This document shows positions 25,371-37,333 of a DNA stretch of 64,000 bases, in pieces (the first letter of the stretch is position 1; every line of letters begins with the position of its first letter). This stretch comes from Squalus acanthias (taxonomy: Eukaryota), in assembly GCA_030390025.1 (NCBI GenBank), contig CM059438.1, positions 68,760,001 to 68,824,000 on the forward strand, written 5' to 3'. A program made the position numbers and the translations under genes. The notes below the pieces were generated by a model. That model was given only the letters and a program-made list of their open reading frames with translations. It did no database searches and was not told where the DNA came from.

Positions 25371-26652
25371 AGTGAAGGGATAATTACTAGTCCTAGCCCC
25401 TTTAGGCTACCCCCGATCAGGCGTATTCCCCAGACGTTCACTTTCAACTAAAGTTTGAGGTAGCTGAATCCTAAAGATGCTTAATTGGGTCTAAAGGTCC
25501 AGACTATCCCTAAAGGAAAGGAACAACCTGAAGATGTTACCGTCCTCCAGATAGCACTTTTAATAAGTTTAGCTAGACTGTAACGTTCCGGATATTATGA
25601 GGGTCTGGAAAACTCCCCCAGAATTCTGCAACTCCTCACCAAAGAGCGTACAGAGATTGAGTTCGCAAGTTTGATACAGAAGTATTATGTGAGAGAATTC
25701 TAAAAATATATAGATTTATTAAAGAACCGACATGTAATTTACAGTTGGTGATTCAATCGCAACATTAACAGTTCCAAAAACAGAAATCTTACAATTCTAT
25801 TATCAGAGATCCTTATTCTCAAATCTTAACTTTGTTACATTTTTACAGTTCTTAGTCTTATTCCAGGATATCCACCAAAATCAAATACAGTACAATACCT
25901 TGATCCCCGAGGTACAAAGAGTTGTAGACTTGCAGAGCTTGCCTCTGAAGCTGAGAATCGTTAAGCCCCTTTACAGCGAATCTATCATCCCATTTGAAAG
26001 TTCAATAATTATATCCTTTCTCAGTGGTATTTCCTTTGAAGTTTTCTGCTGATGTAAGCTAATTATCGCTAGTCATTTTTCTGCTGACCCCTGCTATTCT
26101 TACAGTCACCTCACCTGGTAGCAATGCAGAATTATGTCTCCTGTATAGGTGTCTCAAGCTTAACACACAAACTGTGTAACAGCAGGTGCATCTATTTGAT
26201 GTCATTTTTACCAAGGTCTTCTGTTTGTGTCTTTTTACGATGTGTAAATTAAAACACCTCAACCGGGTGCACCATTGTCTTCTTAGTTACCTCAGCTGGT
26301 TGCAACACAGAATCGTGTCTCCTGTGTTTCATTTGATGTCATTTTTACGAAGGCATATGTTTCTTAATTTTCTGTGTTTCTTTCCGAAGTGTAATTTAGG
26401 ACACCTTAACAGGGCGTACCATTATGTTCTTTCCAAAGCTTCAGACTTCAGGAGCTTCCAACCTCCTGTTTCATTAAGGTTATTGATTCAGTGTCAACAA
26501 CTTATCTTATCTCAATAGTCTGAATGCTGTTAACAATACAGGTTTTCATAGCCAGGTTTCTAGATTTCCAGACCTAGTTTGTCATGTTTTAATAAGGCCA
26601 GAATTATTTCATAGAATGGTGTTTTTTTCTGAATATGGCTTATTCCTTCACA
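25371..26652 (-). mobile_element. Solo LTR (about 1.28 kb) of an LTR retrotransposon or endogenous retrovirus
   Basis: Inverted termini (A)GTGAAGGGATAA…TTATTCCTTCACA and 4-bp TSD AGGG (25367-25370, 26653-26656). AATAAA on - at 25715-25720. Two diverged about 110-bp tandem units at about 26183-26430. Confidence 0.7.
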
Positions 26653-26776
26653 AGGGAGGGGTGGAGTACACCTAATCTGTGACCATTGACTCCTTATGAG
26701 CAGAGGACCCTGTGGTTTCTGAGTGTGGAGACAATTGAGGGAGGGAGAGATCAGATGACTCCACCAAGAAAAAAAA

Positions 26777-27237
26777 AGACTTGCTTTATATCGCGCCTTT
26801 CATGACCACCGGACGTCTCAAAGCGCTTTACAGCCAATGAAGTACTTTTGAAGTGGAGTCACTGTTGTAATGTGGGAAACGCGGCAGCCAATTTGCGCAC
26901 AGCATGCTCCCACAAACAGCAATGTGAAAATCAGCAGATAATCTGTTTTTGTTATGTTGGTTGAGGGATAAATATTGGCCAGGACCCCACGGATAACTCC
27001 CCAGTTCTTCTTCGAAATAGTACCATGGGATCTTTTAAGTCCACCTGAGAGGGCAGACAGGGCCTAGGTTTAATGTCTCATCCGAAAAGACGGCACCTCC
27101 GACAGTGCAAGACTCCCTTAGCGCTGCACTGGAGTCGTCAGCCTAGCTTTATGTGCTCAAGTCCCTGGAGTGGAACTCTGAACCCACAACCTTCTGACTC
27201 AGAGGCGAGTGTGCTACCAACTGAGCCACAGCTGTCA
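26777..27237 (-). mobile_element. SacSINE1/DeuSINE full-length copy
   Basis: Reverse complement of 35176-35612 over its full length, with an A-rich tail at 26767-26777. Confidence 0.9.
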
Positions 27238-27921
27238 CAGAGCTCTTGGCTAATATCACCCTTTGCTTTTCATGTTCTCTCTTTACTCATTCACACTGTC
27301 CCCTATTTACTCCATCCCGTGCAAAGATATACTGCAGCATTGCAGCCTATGTAAATCTCTGTTTCAGGGATGTTTTTGCTGCTAGCATACTAAAATATGT
27401 TCTTCTGTTCCTGTAAGTGAACAAGAGGAGCTGGTGTCAGATGAGCACCTCACACACACACACACACTGCTGCATCACCTACTCCTGCAGTGGCAAATGT
27501 AAGCACTGGTACATCCACACTGGGGGAAGGCAGTGAGTGAGTTGCAGCAGGGAGCACTTGAGCACAAGTAAGGAGGAGGAAGATGGAATTGGAGGAGCGG
27601 CAACCTGCTGGTTGGAGGGCCACCATGAGAGATCCCGTAGCTGCGGAGCTCAGGGATTCTGACCTCACAGGGTCTGGTTACAAACACATGTAGCTTTGCA
27701 GTTCCTGCAGACAGAAGAGAATGTGCCAAGTGGCCAGTACAGGGAGTCCACAACCCACAGCTATGCAGTGCTGCTTGACCGGCTGAGTGAGCTGCAGACT
27801 ATTGTGGAGAGCATGGCCATTCTTGGGCCTTCTGCAGTGGAGTCCCCTTTGCCCGCGGTCCAAAGCTTGTCCATAAGTTCTTTTTCGACTGCTTTGACTG
27901 GGGCTCTCGAGACTTTGCAGT

Positions 27922-28150
27922 CATAAGAACATAAGAACATAAGAAGCAGGAGCAGGAGTAGGCCATACGACCCTTCGGGCCTGCTCCGCCATTCAATAGG
28001 ATCATGGCTGATCCGAACCTAGACTCATGTCCACTTCCCTGCCCGCTCCCCATAACCCTTAATTCCCTTATCAGCTAGGAAACTGTCTATCTCCGTTTTA
28101 AATTTATTTAATGTCGCAGCTTCCACAGCTCTCTGAGGTAGCAAATTCCA
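27922..28150 (-). mobile_element. CR1 3' end fragment
   Basis: (CATAAGAA)n tail and CR1 3' UTR. Confidence 0.85.
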
Positions 28151-28988
28151 TAGCAAATTCCAGTCTTCATAGCCCTTCAAATAACAGTGTAACAGTGGCA
28201 CCACGGATTACTGTAGGGTAATGCAAACATGGCAGCTGCCAGGGCCGCGGACATTCACGTGCATAATTCCATTCCTGTGCTGACCCAGAGGCTATGACAA
28301 CAGTTTGCCAGAGCTGTTGACAAGTAGGTCTGCCAGGGTCTGCAGATATAGCTCGTGACATCTTGGAGGGTACAACCAATCAGGCTGTTGATTACATTGG
28401 CATGCCTTCTTTCATGCAGTGCCACTAGAAGTGTGGCATACTGTGATTGGTTGCTTCTCAACAACCATCAGCCTTGCAGTTGGTCAGGATTTCACATATC
28501 ATATTCATACCAGTGGGTTTACTTTCACGGCCTTTCTTGGGAATTAGAACTTCTGCATCCTCAATCTTCTGCCAAAGTGAGATATGCGCACCTATGGCTG
28601 TAAATGCCGGGGTGAGAGTACTGTCAGGTGGGCACATAATGCCTCGGGGTGCGGCCTGACCTGCCTGGCATCCCTCTGCCGGTCCCCCTCTCCTTCGTCC
28701 AAAAGCTTACAGATATGGGGATTCCCAATGATGTTTGTTGGGAAGCACCCAGTCACAGTATGTCACGCTTCCAATGGCACAACATGTAAGAAGGCATGTC
28801 AATGTGATCAGCAGCCAGCATAGCTTGATTGGTTGTACCCAGAAAGATGTCACGAGCTATAGGCACTAGAGGGAAAAAAAAACAGCAGAGCAATTACCAC
28901 AAAGGCTCTTTAAAACCTAAGAGGCAAGAAAGGAGAAAGAAAGAGTGGCAGCAGAAATGGCCTTAAACAGTTCACTAGATCTTCTTTC

Positions 28989-29130
28989 ATAAGACATAAG
29001 AACATAAGAAATAAGAGCAGGAGTAGGCCATACAGCCCCTCGAGCCTGCTCCGTCATTCAATAAGATCATGGCTGATCTTCTACATCAACTCTACTTTCT
29101 CGCCCTATCCCCATATCCCTTGATTCCTTT
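28989..29130 (-). mobile_element. CR1 3' end fragment
   Basis: (CATAAGAA)n tail and CR1 3' UTR. Confidence 0.85.
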
Positions 29131-30969
29131 GATTTCTATGCGCTTTAAATCATGTCACCTTCAGCAAAGCCGCTAGCAGCCATATATCCAGGGGCATGAA
29201 TTGCCCATAGCATGTGGGACTAAATAATGCCATCCCACCCTCATTTTAATATTGTAATGAAATTGTTTCAGACAGGAGATTCCTGCCCCCATTTGAAATA
29301 TCACTGGAAACGTAGGTGACGCGCAAACAGCAGAGAACCAGCAGAATGGATCCCCGCTCCCTAAACTGGCACACGTGGGATGTTACAGAATTGGGGACAA
29401 TTTATTTTCTGTCTTTGTCATGCAACAGGAAATGCTTCTGCTCCTGTGGAAATCAACCAGATGAAGTCCTGGAGCAGCATGTGAATACAGCCCGGTTCTA
29501 AAAAGTGTCTCTCCCCACTATGCTTGATGAGAAGAGGGGGACACATTTCCAGAGGTTTACACCCTAGTTATCCATTTTATATATTGTTAACACGGGGGAA
29601 ATTGAGGCTTCAATGTTGTCAAGGACAGAGGTCAAATCAGCTTCTTTTCTGTAAGGTGATAGTCTTCACTTTATGGTTTCATCTGTTCAGCTTGATTTGA
29701 TACAGTAACAGCATCTGTCATCAGTAACTGCAAATGTTTAAAAATGTGAAGGGAAGTATACCACATTAAACATCTTCAGCGAAATGAGTGTTCTGACTGA
29801 ACACTTATTGTCTGGGTTCAATCAGGTTTGATAAAAGTTCCACTTTATCACACATCTTTCTTGTCAGAAAGCAGATCTGCTGATGAAGTCCTCAGGGAGC
29901 ATTGCTTTACATCAAATGGAAAGCTTAGTTTCCATGGTTCTCTCTGAACTAATTGTAAAAATTTCCATCTCAAGTCAATTCGGACATTAATTTGTCAGAT
30001 AACCAAAGTATCTGCAGGTTATAAACAATGATTAGCTGCAGTGACAGTTGAAGTAATTGCCAGGCTCTTCTCTGAGCCTTTCTGGCTTGTTTGTGCTGCA
30101 GCCCAGAGTAAGTTTGGTGCCACTCATTCTGGGTACTGTGGAGATTGTGTCAAAGATAGGATAACATTTTGCCCTACAAAGGAAGACCTTGAATGCAAGA
30201 CAGAAGCTGCATTTTAAAGAATGACAGTGCAGTCATCAGTGGTGTATTTAATAGTATTTTTTAGTCTTTGTTTTGTATGCTCTGGGGGCCTATAGTGCAA
30301 TGTTCGGTGCCCTTAGCGATAATGCCATTGCCCTGGATCATGAGCAGAGAATCTTCCTCAATCAGTGGCAGAAGAGGAGAGGACGTCGGCCAGGAAATAG
30401 AAGAGACGTCTGCAGACCAACCAATCATTCAGAAGGAATCTTATGACAGACTGCGATAAATGGCACCCTAATTTAAGTGTCAGTACCATCCAGTGCACAG
30501 TAATCACCTGCCCATATGCCCAATACCTTACCTTGTCATTGCCAAAGACAATTACAAGAACATTGAATACCACAGCATTTCTCCTCACCTAGATTATTCA
30601 ACTCCATCCCAAATTAACTGACGGGACCCATCAGAGTACCAGTTCTCCTAAATTTTATTCAGTGAGTTCACTGTGGTTTCCTCGGTGCTTCCCATTGTGA
30701 CAGTGTAAGGTGTTTGTCTTTTACTTCCTAGCTGTGTGATGCTTCCTCAGTGGGAGGAGGACCATAGGTGTGTGGCTGTCTCCAGGGACAGACCTTTTTA
30801 ATCTCAAAAGATCAGCACATGTTTGTTAAAAATGCCTTTTAATTATTTATATTGTTCGTAGAAAAATAAATTGTGTATAATAACTTCTGCTGTCAGTAGA
30901 TGGCTGTAAGGCTGACGCTACAGTGGCTCCCTGGGCCCACATACTTTTTTGCCACCTCTGGCATCATTG

Positions 30970-31800
30970 TGGGTCATTCTAACTTTGGGTGATAGCGTAA
31001 AACAGGCGATATTGAAGCAGCCACACGTTAGATGTTGACTTGGTCTTGAGGGAAGCCTCTATTGCTTCCAGGCCCAGAATCGCCAGAGCCTTCTCCCTGT
31101 GTGGAGATTTTAGACGAGGTGGCAACTATTCCCCCTTACACCCTCCCGTGCGCTGCTCTCTCATTTGAGAGAAGATGTGTGCCACCCAAGTGCCCAGTCC
31201 AGCAGCCTTAAGTGGGCCTTTGAACACGAAACATGCAGAAATTGTATGTTGGCAGTGTGCTTGGTGGCTGTTGCTTTCCACTTTTATTGGGCCACAAGGC
31301 TGAAGCATTGATATGATAGCAATACAGAATCCCTGCTAAAACATGGGGCTGCATCTGTGCATTTAAAAAGCAAAAGAACAGTTGCCAGGAGCCTTGGTAA
31401 TTTTCCTTCTGTGATGCTCCACCAAGCTTGCAGTGAAGTGCTGTTAAAGTACATTGCAAGGCAAGATTATGGCATTAGGCTGTGTGAGCACACTTATCTT
31501 GGTAACCTTTCAGAGACAAGTTAACTTATTCCTGTTCATCATTGGAGGATGTCCTTTAGAGAAGGGACCACCCTTCTCTGCAGAATCTTTAAATCTGCAT
31601 CCTGAAATGGAGCAGTTCTGCTTTGTCAATCTGCTCCAGCCATTTCTCCCACACAGTAGAAGGACCAGCAACCTTTTGAGTGCCGCTGGCATTGGATAAC
31701 ATCTCCCTCCACAAGCCCACTGTGCTCCCAGCATATTATGCATGCCACAATATCATGTAAATGAACTCACCTCCCATTAACAAAAGGTCATGTCTTAGCA
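30970..31800. mobile_element. Possible very decayed Harbinger derivative
   Basis: Terminus-like GGGTCATTCTAACTTTGGG, and a minus-strand remnant resembling Myb exon 1 (…AP-FQDADLKIL) near 31575-31645. Confidence 0.3.
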
Positions 31801-32957
31801 GTCCCATGATGTTGTGCCAGGATGAAATGATTGGCTCCAATAATTGCCCTCTCTTTGGTTCTCCTGTGTCTCACCTCATTACCGGACCAAGATGACAGGC
31901 AGATAACCATGCTCGAAGGCCTCTGCCAATGTCAACCTCAAAGTAGTGTAAAATCATTGTGGATTCAGCATCAAATCTTTCCCTCACTTTATCTGAGGCA
32001 CCTACTGTTTCTAATTGACGCCTCCCAGACAGTCTGACTGAAATTGTGAACATATGTTGTGGAAAATGAGAAGAGATAACCCATAGCAGTGTCAAGTTTC
32101 TCTAATGTATCAGTTCAATTGTTCAATGTTAATGCAATTGTCTCAGTTTGCTGGTTAACTTGGAGCCCATTAAAGCCTTTAATGAACGAGGAGAGAGAAA
32201 TAATGATCCAGTGGAACATAAGAAAATGTGACATGAAAGAAGTCCATCAAACTGGAATTTAGCAGTGATTCAGCATCCATTAATTGGGGATGATCAGCCA
32301 CTCCATTTTCTTTACCTCTGGGGAACATGTACTCTATTCATGAGTGCTCTATGAAGACTGCAAGAGAAAAGATCTTTTAGATACTTCTCCCCACAGGTAT
32401 ATAATGTTCAGCACCTGAGAAATGAGAAACACTAACACAGGATTGTTCCTTTTAACTCAAGTGTATTATAACCCAGACCCAGATATAAACAAATACAACC
32501 TTTAAGCAGGAAATGCGACTCGACCCTGATTCCTTCAAGACCACTTCAATTACACACTATAATATTCAGCCTAGACACAGACGCTGTACAATCCACTCTA
32601 TTATAGACTCTACCTAACTAATTATCTCTTGTCTTTGGCTGTCTGCTTAGTTCGCACAAAACTAGTGAGTTACTTCAGAAACTCAACAGACAAGTTGCAT
32701 TTATTATACATATAAAGTTAAGTCCTGGATTAGGTTGAAAGGATTTAATTAAAAAAAAATCTCCCACCTTTTCAAAGAAAGTAGGCTTTCAGTGTTCCTA
32801 TTGCAGAATCCATGAGAACTGCCATTTCAAAAACCAACCTCACAGTCCATCATTAAATGGCTCCGTGGAATTCAGCAGTGATTCAGCATCCGTTTAAGAC
32901 CCATATGCCAATTGGGAAAGATCAGGCACCCAATTTTCTTTACCTCTAGGGAAACGT

Positions 32958-33719
32958 GTGCCAGAAATTCGGCTGTTGTTGGGTGAGTACGCGCTGTGTA
33001 CTCACCCATAAGGCCACCTGAAGTGTCGGTTTCCTGCATGCACTGCGCATGCACGGGAAACCGAAACTTCCGTTCCCCTGAAGGGAGGGGTTCAGAAGTC
33101 GAACGCGTGTGTGGGAGAGGCTACGCGCACGCAGCGAACTTTGTTTTTTTTTTCAAGTTTCTCCGGGAAGGTAAGTATGAAGAAGCTGCACTTTTAAAAA
33201 GGAGGCGCAAGGCCTGTTTTTAACAAGGTAAGTGGTTAATTAATTACAATTTAAACATTTTTTCAACAGGTTTATCTTTTTTAGATACTTTAAAGAAAGG
33301 TAAGTTTATTTTTAGCACCGTTAAAAAGTATAATTAATTTTTTCAAAAATTTAAATTTTTGTTTAAAGTAGTTAATTTATTTAACTTATAATATTTTTAA
33401 AATGTGATTTTTAAAAAAAATTATTTGAAGTTTAAGCGTGGTTTTGGGGCCAATCTCTATTCATAGATTTGACAGGTCTTCCTGTCAAATCTATGAATAA
33501 AAATGCCCTGCTAGGATTAGCTCTCCATGGCCCACGTGATCCATGGGGACGCTTCGAACTAACTGCACCCCTGGGATACGCGAGCACTGCCCGCCGGAAG
33601 CTGGAGGAGGCCCAGGACCCGAAGTCCTCGTGGGCCCAAAGCACAACTGCAGGCGCGGTAGGCAAGTACGCGCGCGATGCTTGCACCCGCAGGAAGCTGG
33701 AAAGCCGAATTTCTGGCCC
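32958..33719. mobile_element. Harbinger-type MITE (family shared with 36514-37278, opposite orientation)
   Basis: TIRs G(T)GCCAGAAATTCGGC / GCCGAATTTCTGGCCC. Colinear with the reverse complement of 36514-37278. The TSD is not clean. Confidence 0.85.
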
Positions 33720-35127
33720 ACAGTCTTTACTCCTTAGCTCTCTCTGATGACTGCCTAAAAGACCACTTCAACTCGACACTATAATATGCAGCCTTTCCAG
33801 TTGATGCATTCTTTTAACGATTGTTAATAAAATGGAATTTGCAAGTTACAAAGAATGTCCTGTGCTCAAAAAAGATTGAAATAGTGCATCATTATTTCAA
33901 GGAGTGTAAATCGACTTGGACTGGTGTTCAGTGCTCTTGATGTCCCCAATATGTAGAAGGAGTCTGATTTTTAACTCTCAATACCTATCAGGTTGAGGTT
34001 ATACTACCTACAAAAAGTATGGGCAATAACATATCCCTCAGAAGAATGACACCAGATTGATAAATGAGTTTTCTGCATGTTTAAAATTCATTGTAAATCC
34101 TCCTTGAAATATCTACTAAAAGGTGCAGCTCAGATTCCATGCATCCATTTGAAATGAAAGAGGAATTTATAATCCCAAGCTGACTCTGCCTCACAATAAT
34201 TTATTATAGTCAGATGGGCCTTGAAGAGTGCTGAAATGAACTTCATTTTCTTAGACTGGTAAATCAATAACATTTAATCTGCTTGTTCCTAAAGAGATAA
34301 AACTTAGATTCACTGACATTTATTTATGACGCAAATGTCAAGGTATTTGCACTCACTAAATCAGGTATTTATGCTTCCAGCAGAGTGCGATCAGTGGAGT
34401 TAGATGACAGAAATCATAAATCTCAGCTCCATATGCACGATATAATAAGTTTAATTTATTTTTATTATTGAGAAACTTAGATGAAAAGTCAAGGCCCAAA
34501 GTGCAGGACACCACCAAGGTCGAGAAGAGCAGAAGAGAGGAATAGTTAGACCAGGAAGTAATGAGTAAGTAGCACCAAGCTCCGGGTTTAAAAGCGTATA
34601 GGTTATATAAGGAAAAGACCGAGGAAGGAAAAATACTCCACTGTTTTAATTTGCTGGGAAAGAATGAGTTCAAGCCGGAGTTAGACAAGTTTTGATTTCA
34701 ACAGGAAGAGACCAAAAAAGAAAGTTCAAAGCAGTAAAATCAATAATAGCATTGATGAACTAGAGAGAGAACAGAAAATTTGCAAAAGAGAGAGAGAGAA
34801 AAAAACTGGAGCCTGGAGGCAAACGAAGGATCACATATCAAACAAGATTTTTTTTGTATCTTGCCCGGTAGTGTGACAGACACTGGAAGATCCTTCCCAG
34901 ATATGGGAACAGTATTCAAAACTTGAGCAGACCCAGGCTTTATACTGAGATCTGCTGGGAAGTAAAATCTAAAAGGTCATAATCTTTGAGGAGGGGAATA
35001 ATTTGTCCTTTGTGTATGAGTGTATTTGTTTTTTGTTGGTCAACTTGTCTGCCCAACACATCATAACAATTGTGACAATGCCATTTTCTGCATTCTCACC
35101 TCATCCCTTGTCATCAACCAATAGATG

Positions 35128-36018
35128 GGTATGATAGTGTAGTGGTTATATTGTTGCACTTGTAAACCAAAGGCAGTGTCTGCTGTGGCTTAGTGGGTAG
35201 CACACTCGCCTCTGAATCCTGAAGGTGGTGGGTTCAAGTCCCACTCCAGGGACTTGAGCACATAAATCTAGGCTGACACTCCAGTGCAGTGCTGAGGGAG
35301 TGCTGCATTGTCAGAGGTGCCATCTTTTGGATGAGACGTTAAACCGAAGCCCCGTCTGCTCTCTCAAGTGGACGTAAAAGATTCCATGGCATTATTTCAA
35401 AGAAAAGCAGGGGAGGTATCCCTGGTGTCCTAGCCAATATTTATCCCTCAATCAACATATCTGGTCATTATCATATTGCTGTTTGTGGGAGCTTGCTGTA
35501 CGCAAGTAGGCTGCCACTTTTCCCACATTACAACAGTGACTACACTCCAAAAAAGTACTTCATTGGCTGTAAACCGGTGGTCATGAAAGGCGCTATATAA
35601 ATGTAAGTCTTTTTTTGGCTTTATAATGCAGAGAACACAAGTTCAAATTCCGCCAAGAGAGATTGAGAATTGGAATTCAGTTTAAACATCTGGAAATAAA
35701 AAATGGTTATCAGTAAAAGTGACCATGAAGTCATCAAATTGTCGTAAGAACCCAACTGGTTCACTAAAGTCCTTTATGGAAGGAAGCCTGCCGTCCTTAC
35801 TCGGGCTGGCCTATATGTGACTCCAGTCCCACACCAACATGGTTGACTCTTAACTGACCTCTGAACTGGCCTAGCAAGCCACTCAGTTCGATCAAATCGC
35901 TGCAAAGAATAACATCTGCAACGGTTCAAAAAGAAAGCCCACCGTCACCTCCTTAGGGCAATAAAAGCCAACCTTGCCAACAATGCCCACATCCTGAGAA
36001 TTAACTTTAAAAAAAATT
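35128..36018 (+). mobile_element. tRNA-derived SINE of a second family, split near its head by a SacSINE1 copy
   Basis: A-box-like TAGTGTAGTGG at about 35135, B-box-like GTTCAAATTCC at 35641, then a body and A-rich tail ending at about 36018. Confidence 0.6.
35176..35612 (+). mobile_element. SacSINE1/DeuSINE full-length copy
   Basis: tRNA head (TGGCTTAGTGG, GGTTCAAGTCC), Deu domain (GAGGTGCCATCTTTTGGATGAGACGTTAAACCG…GTGGACGTAAAAGATTCCATGGCA) and L2-like tail AAAGGCGCTATATAAATG. Confidence 0.9.
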
Positions 36019-36513
36019 AAGCCACCAACCAAGAGCACATTTGTAATTAACAAGCAGTAAATGAGATGCTTGGAATGGCAACACCGAGGAAGTCTCGATT
36101 CACCAAAAAGGAGGCTGATTTGATTGTGGGTGAGAGGCTCTGGAGGAGACAAACAATACCTGGGGCAATTATCAATATCTTATACTCCAAAACACATTGC
36201 AAGGCAGGGGAGGAGATCATTCACCAGTTGAATAACCTTTCTAGAAATAAAGGATTCTGTATTGATCTATTTTAATGCTACAAAGAAGACCAATCAACCT
36301 TAAAGTAATTATTACATTTTGATATCAAAAAATAGCTAAGCCTACACTTTATTTACAGAGAGCATTTTCATCTCATTTCTGTTGCTTTTTCCCTAATTGC
36401 TTTGTCCAAGTATAAGAAGAATTTGGAGCGGGAGTAGGCTATACGGCCCTTCGAGCCTGCAGCAAGTGAAATAAAATTCCGGTTCTTTTTCTCAATGCAC
36501 GTTAAAAGATATT

Positions 36514-37278
36514 GGGCCAGAAATTCGGCTCTCCGGCTTCCCGCGGGTGCAAGAATCACGCACGCACTTACATACCGCGCCTGCCGTTGTGCTGTGGGCC
36601 CGCGTGGAATTCGGGTCCTGGGCCTCCTGCAGCTGCCGGCGCACAGTGCTTGCGTATCCCAGCGGCGCAGTTAGTTCGAAGCGTCCCCTGGGATCACGTG
36701 AGCCATGGAGAGCCAATCGGAGCAGGGAATCTCCATTCATAGATTTGACAGGAAGACCTGTCAAATCTATGAATAGAGATCGGCCCCAAAACCTCACTAA
36801 AACTTCAAATAAAATTTTTTTTTTAAATCACATTTTTAAAATAACTATAAATTACATAAATTAACTACTTTAAACAAAAATTAAAATTTTTGAAAAAATT
36901 AATTACACTTTTTAACGGTGCTAAAAATAAACTTACCTTTCTTTAAAGTATGTAAAAAAGATAAACCAGTTGAAAAAATGTTTAAATTGTACTTAATTCA
37001 CCACTTACCTTGTTAAAAGCATGCCTTGCGCCTCCTTTTTCCCCGCGCAGCTTCCCCATACTTACCCTCACGGAGAAACCTGAAAAAAAAAACGAAGTTC
37101 GAGGTCTACGCGCTGCCTCTCCGGCACATGCGTTCGACCTCTGAACCCCTTCCTTCAGGGGAACGGAAGTTCCGGTTTCCAGCGCATGCGCAGTGCATCC
37201 GCAAAACCGGCACTTTCGTTGGGTCTACGGGTGAGTACCCAGCGCGTACTCACCCGTGGAGACCCGAATTTCTGGCCC
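36514..37278. mobile_element. Harbinger-type MITE
   Basis: TIRs GGGCCAGAAATTCGG / CCGAATTTCTGGCCC and TSD ATT (36511-36513, 37279-37281). Confidence 0.9.
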
Positions 37279-37333
37279 ATTAATTGTATTCCTATAGAGT
37301 TAATATGTATTTCTATAACTGACAAAAGTACAT

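Larger units (their letters stand above)
24477..29400. mobile_element. Heavily decayed Harbinger element hosting several later insertions
   Basis: Terminus-like GGGCTGAAATTT at 24477. Myb-like remnant RDQVRRKFAGL with a GTAAGT donor at about 24962. Transposase remnants on - (IMHVNVRGPGSCH near 28230-28270, PGIYSHRCAYLTL near 28570-28615). The right end is uncertain. Confidence 0.5.

Noticed and set aside
35176..35250. tRNA gene
   Set aside because: It is the tRNA-derived head of a SINE, continuing directly into the Deu domain, with several copies in the window.
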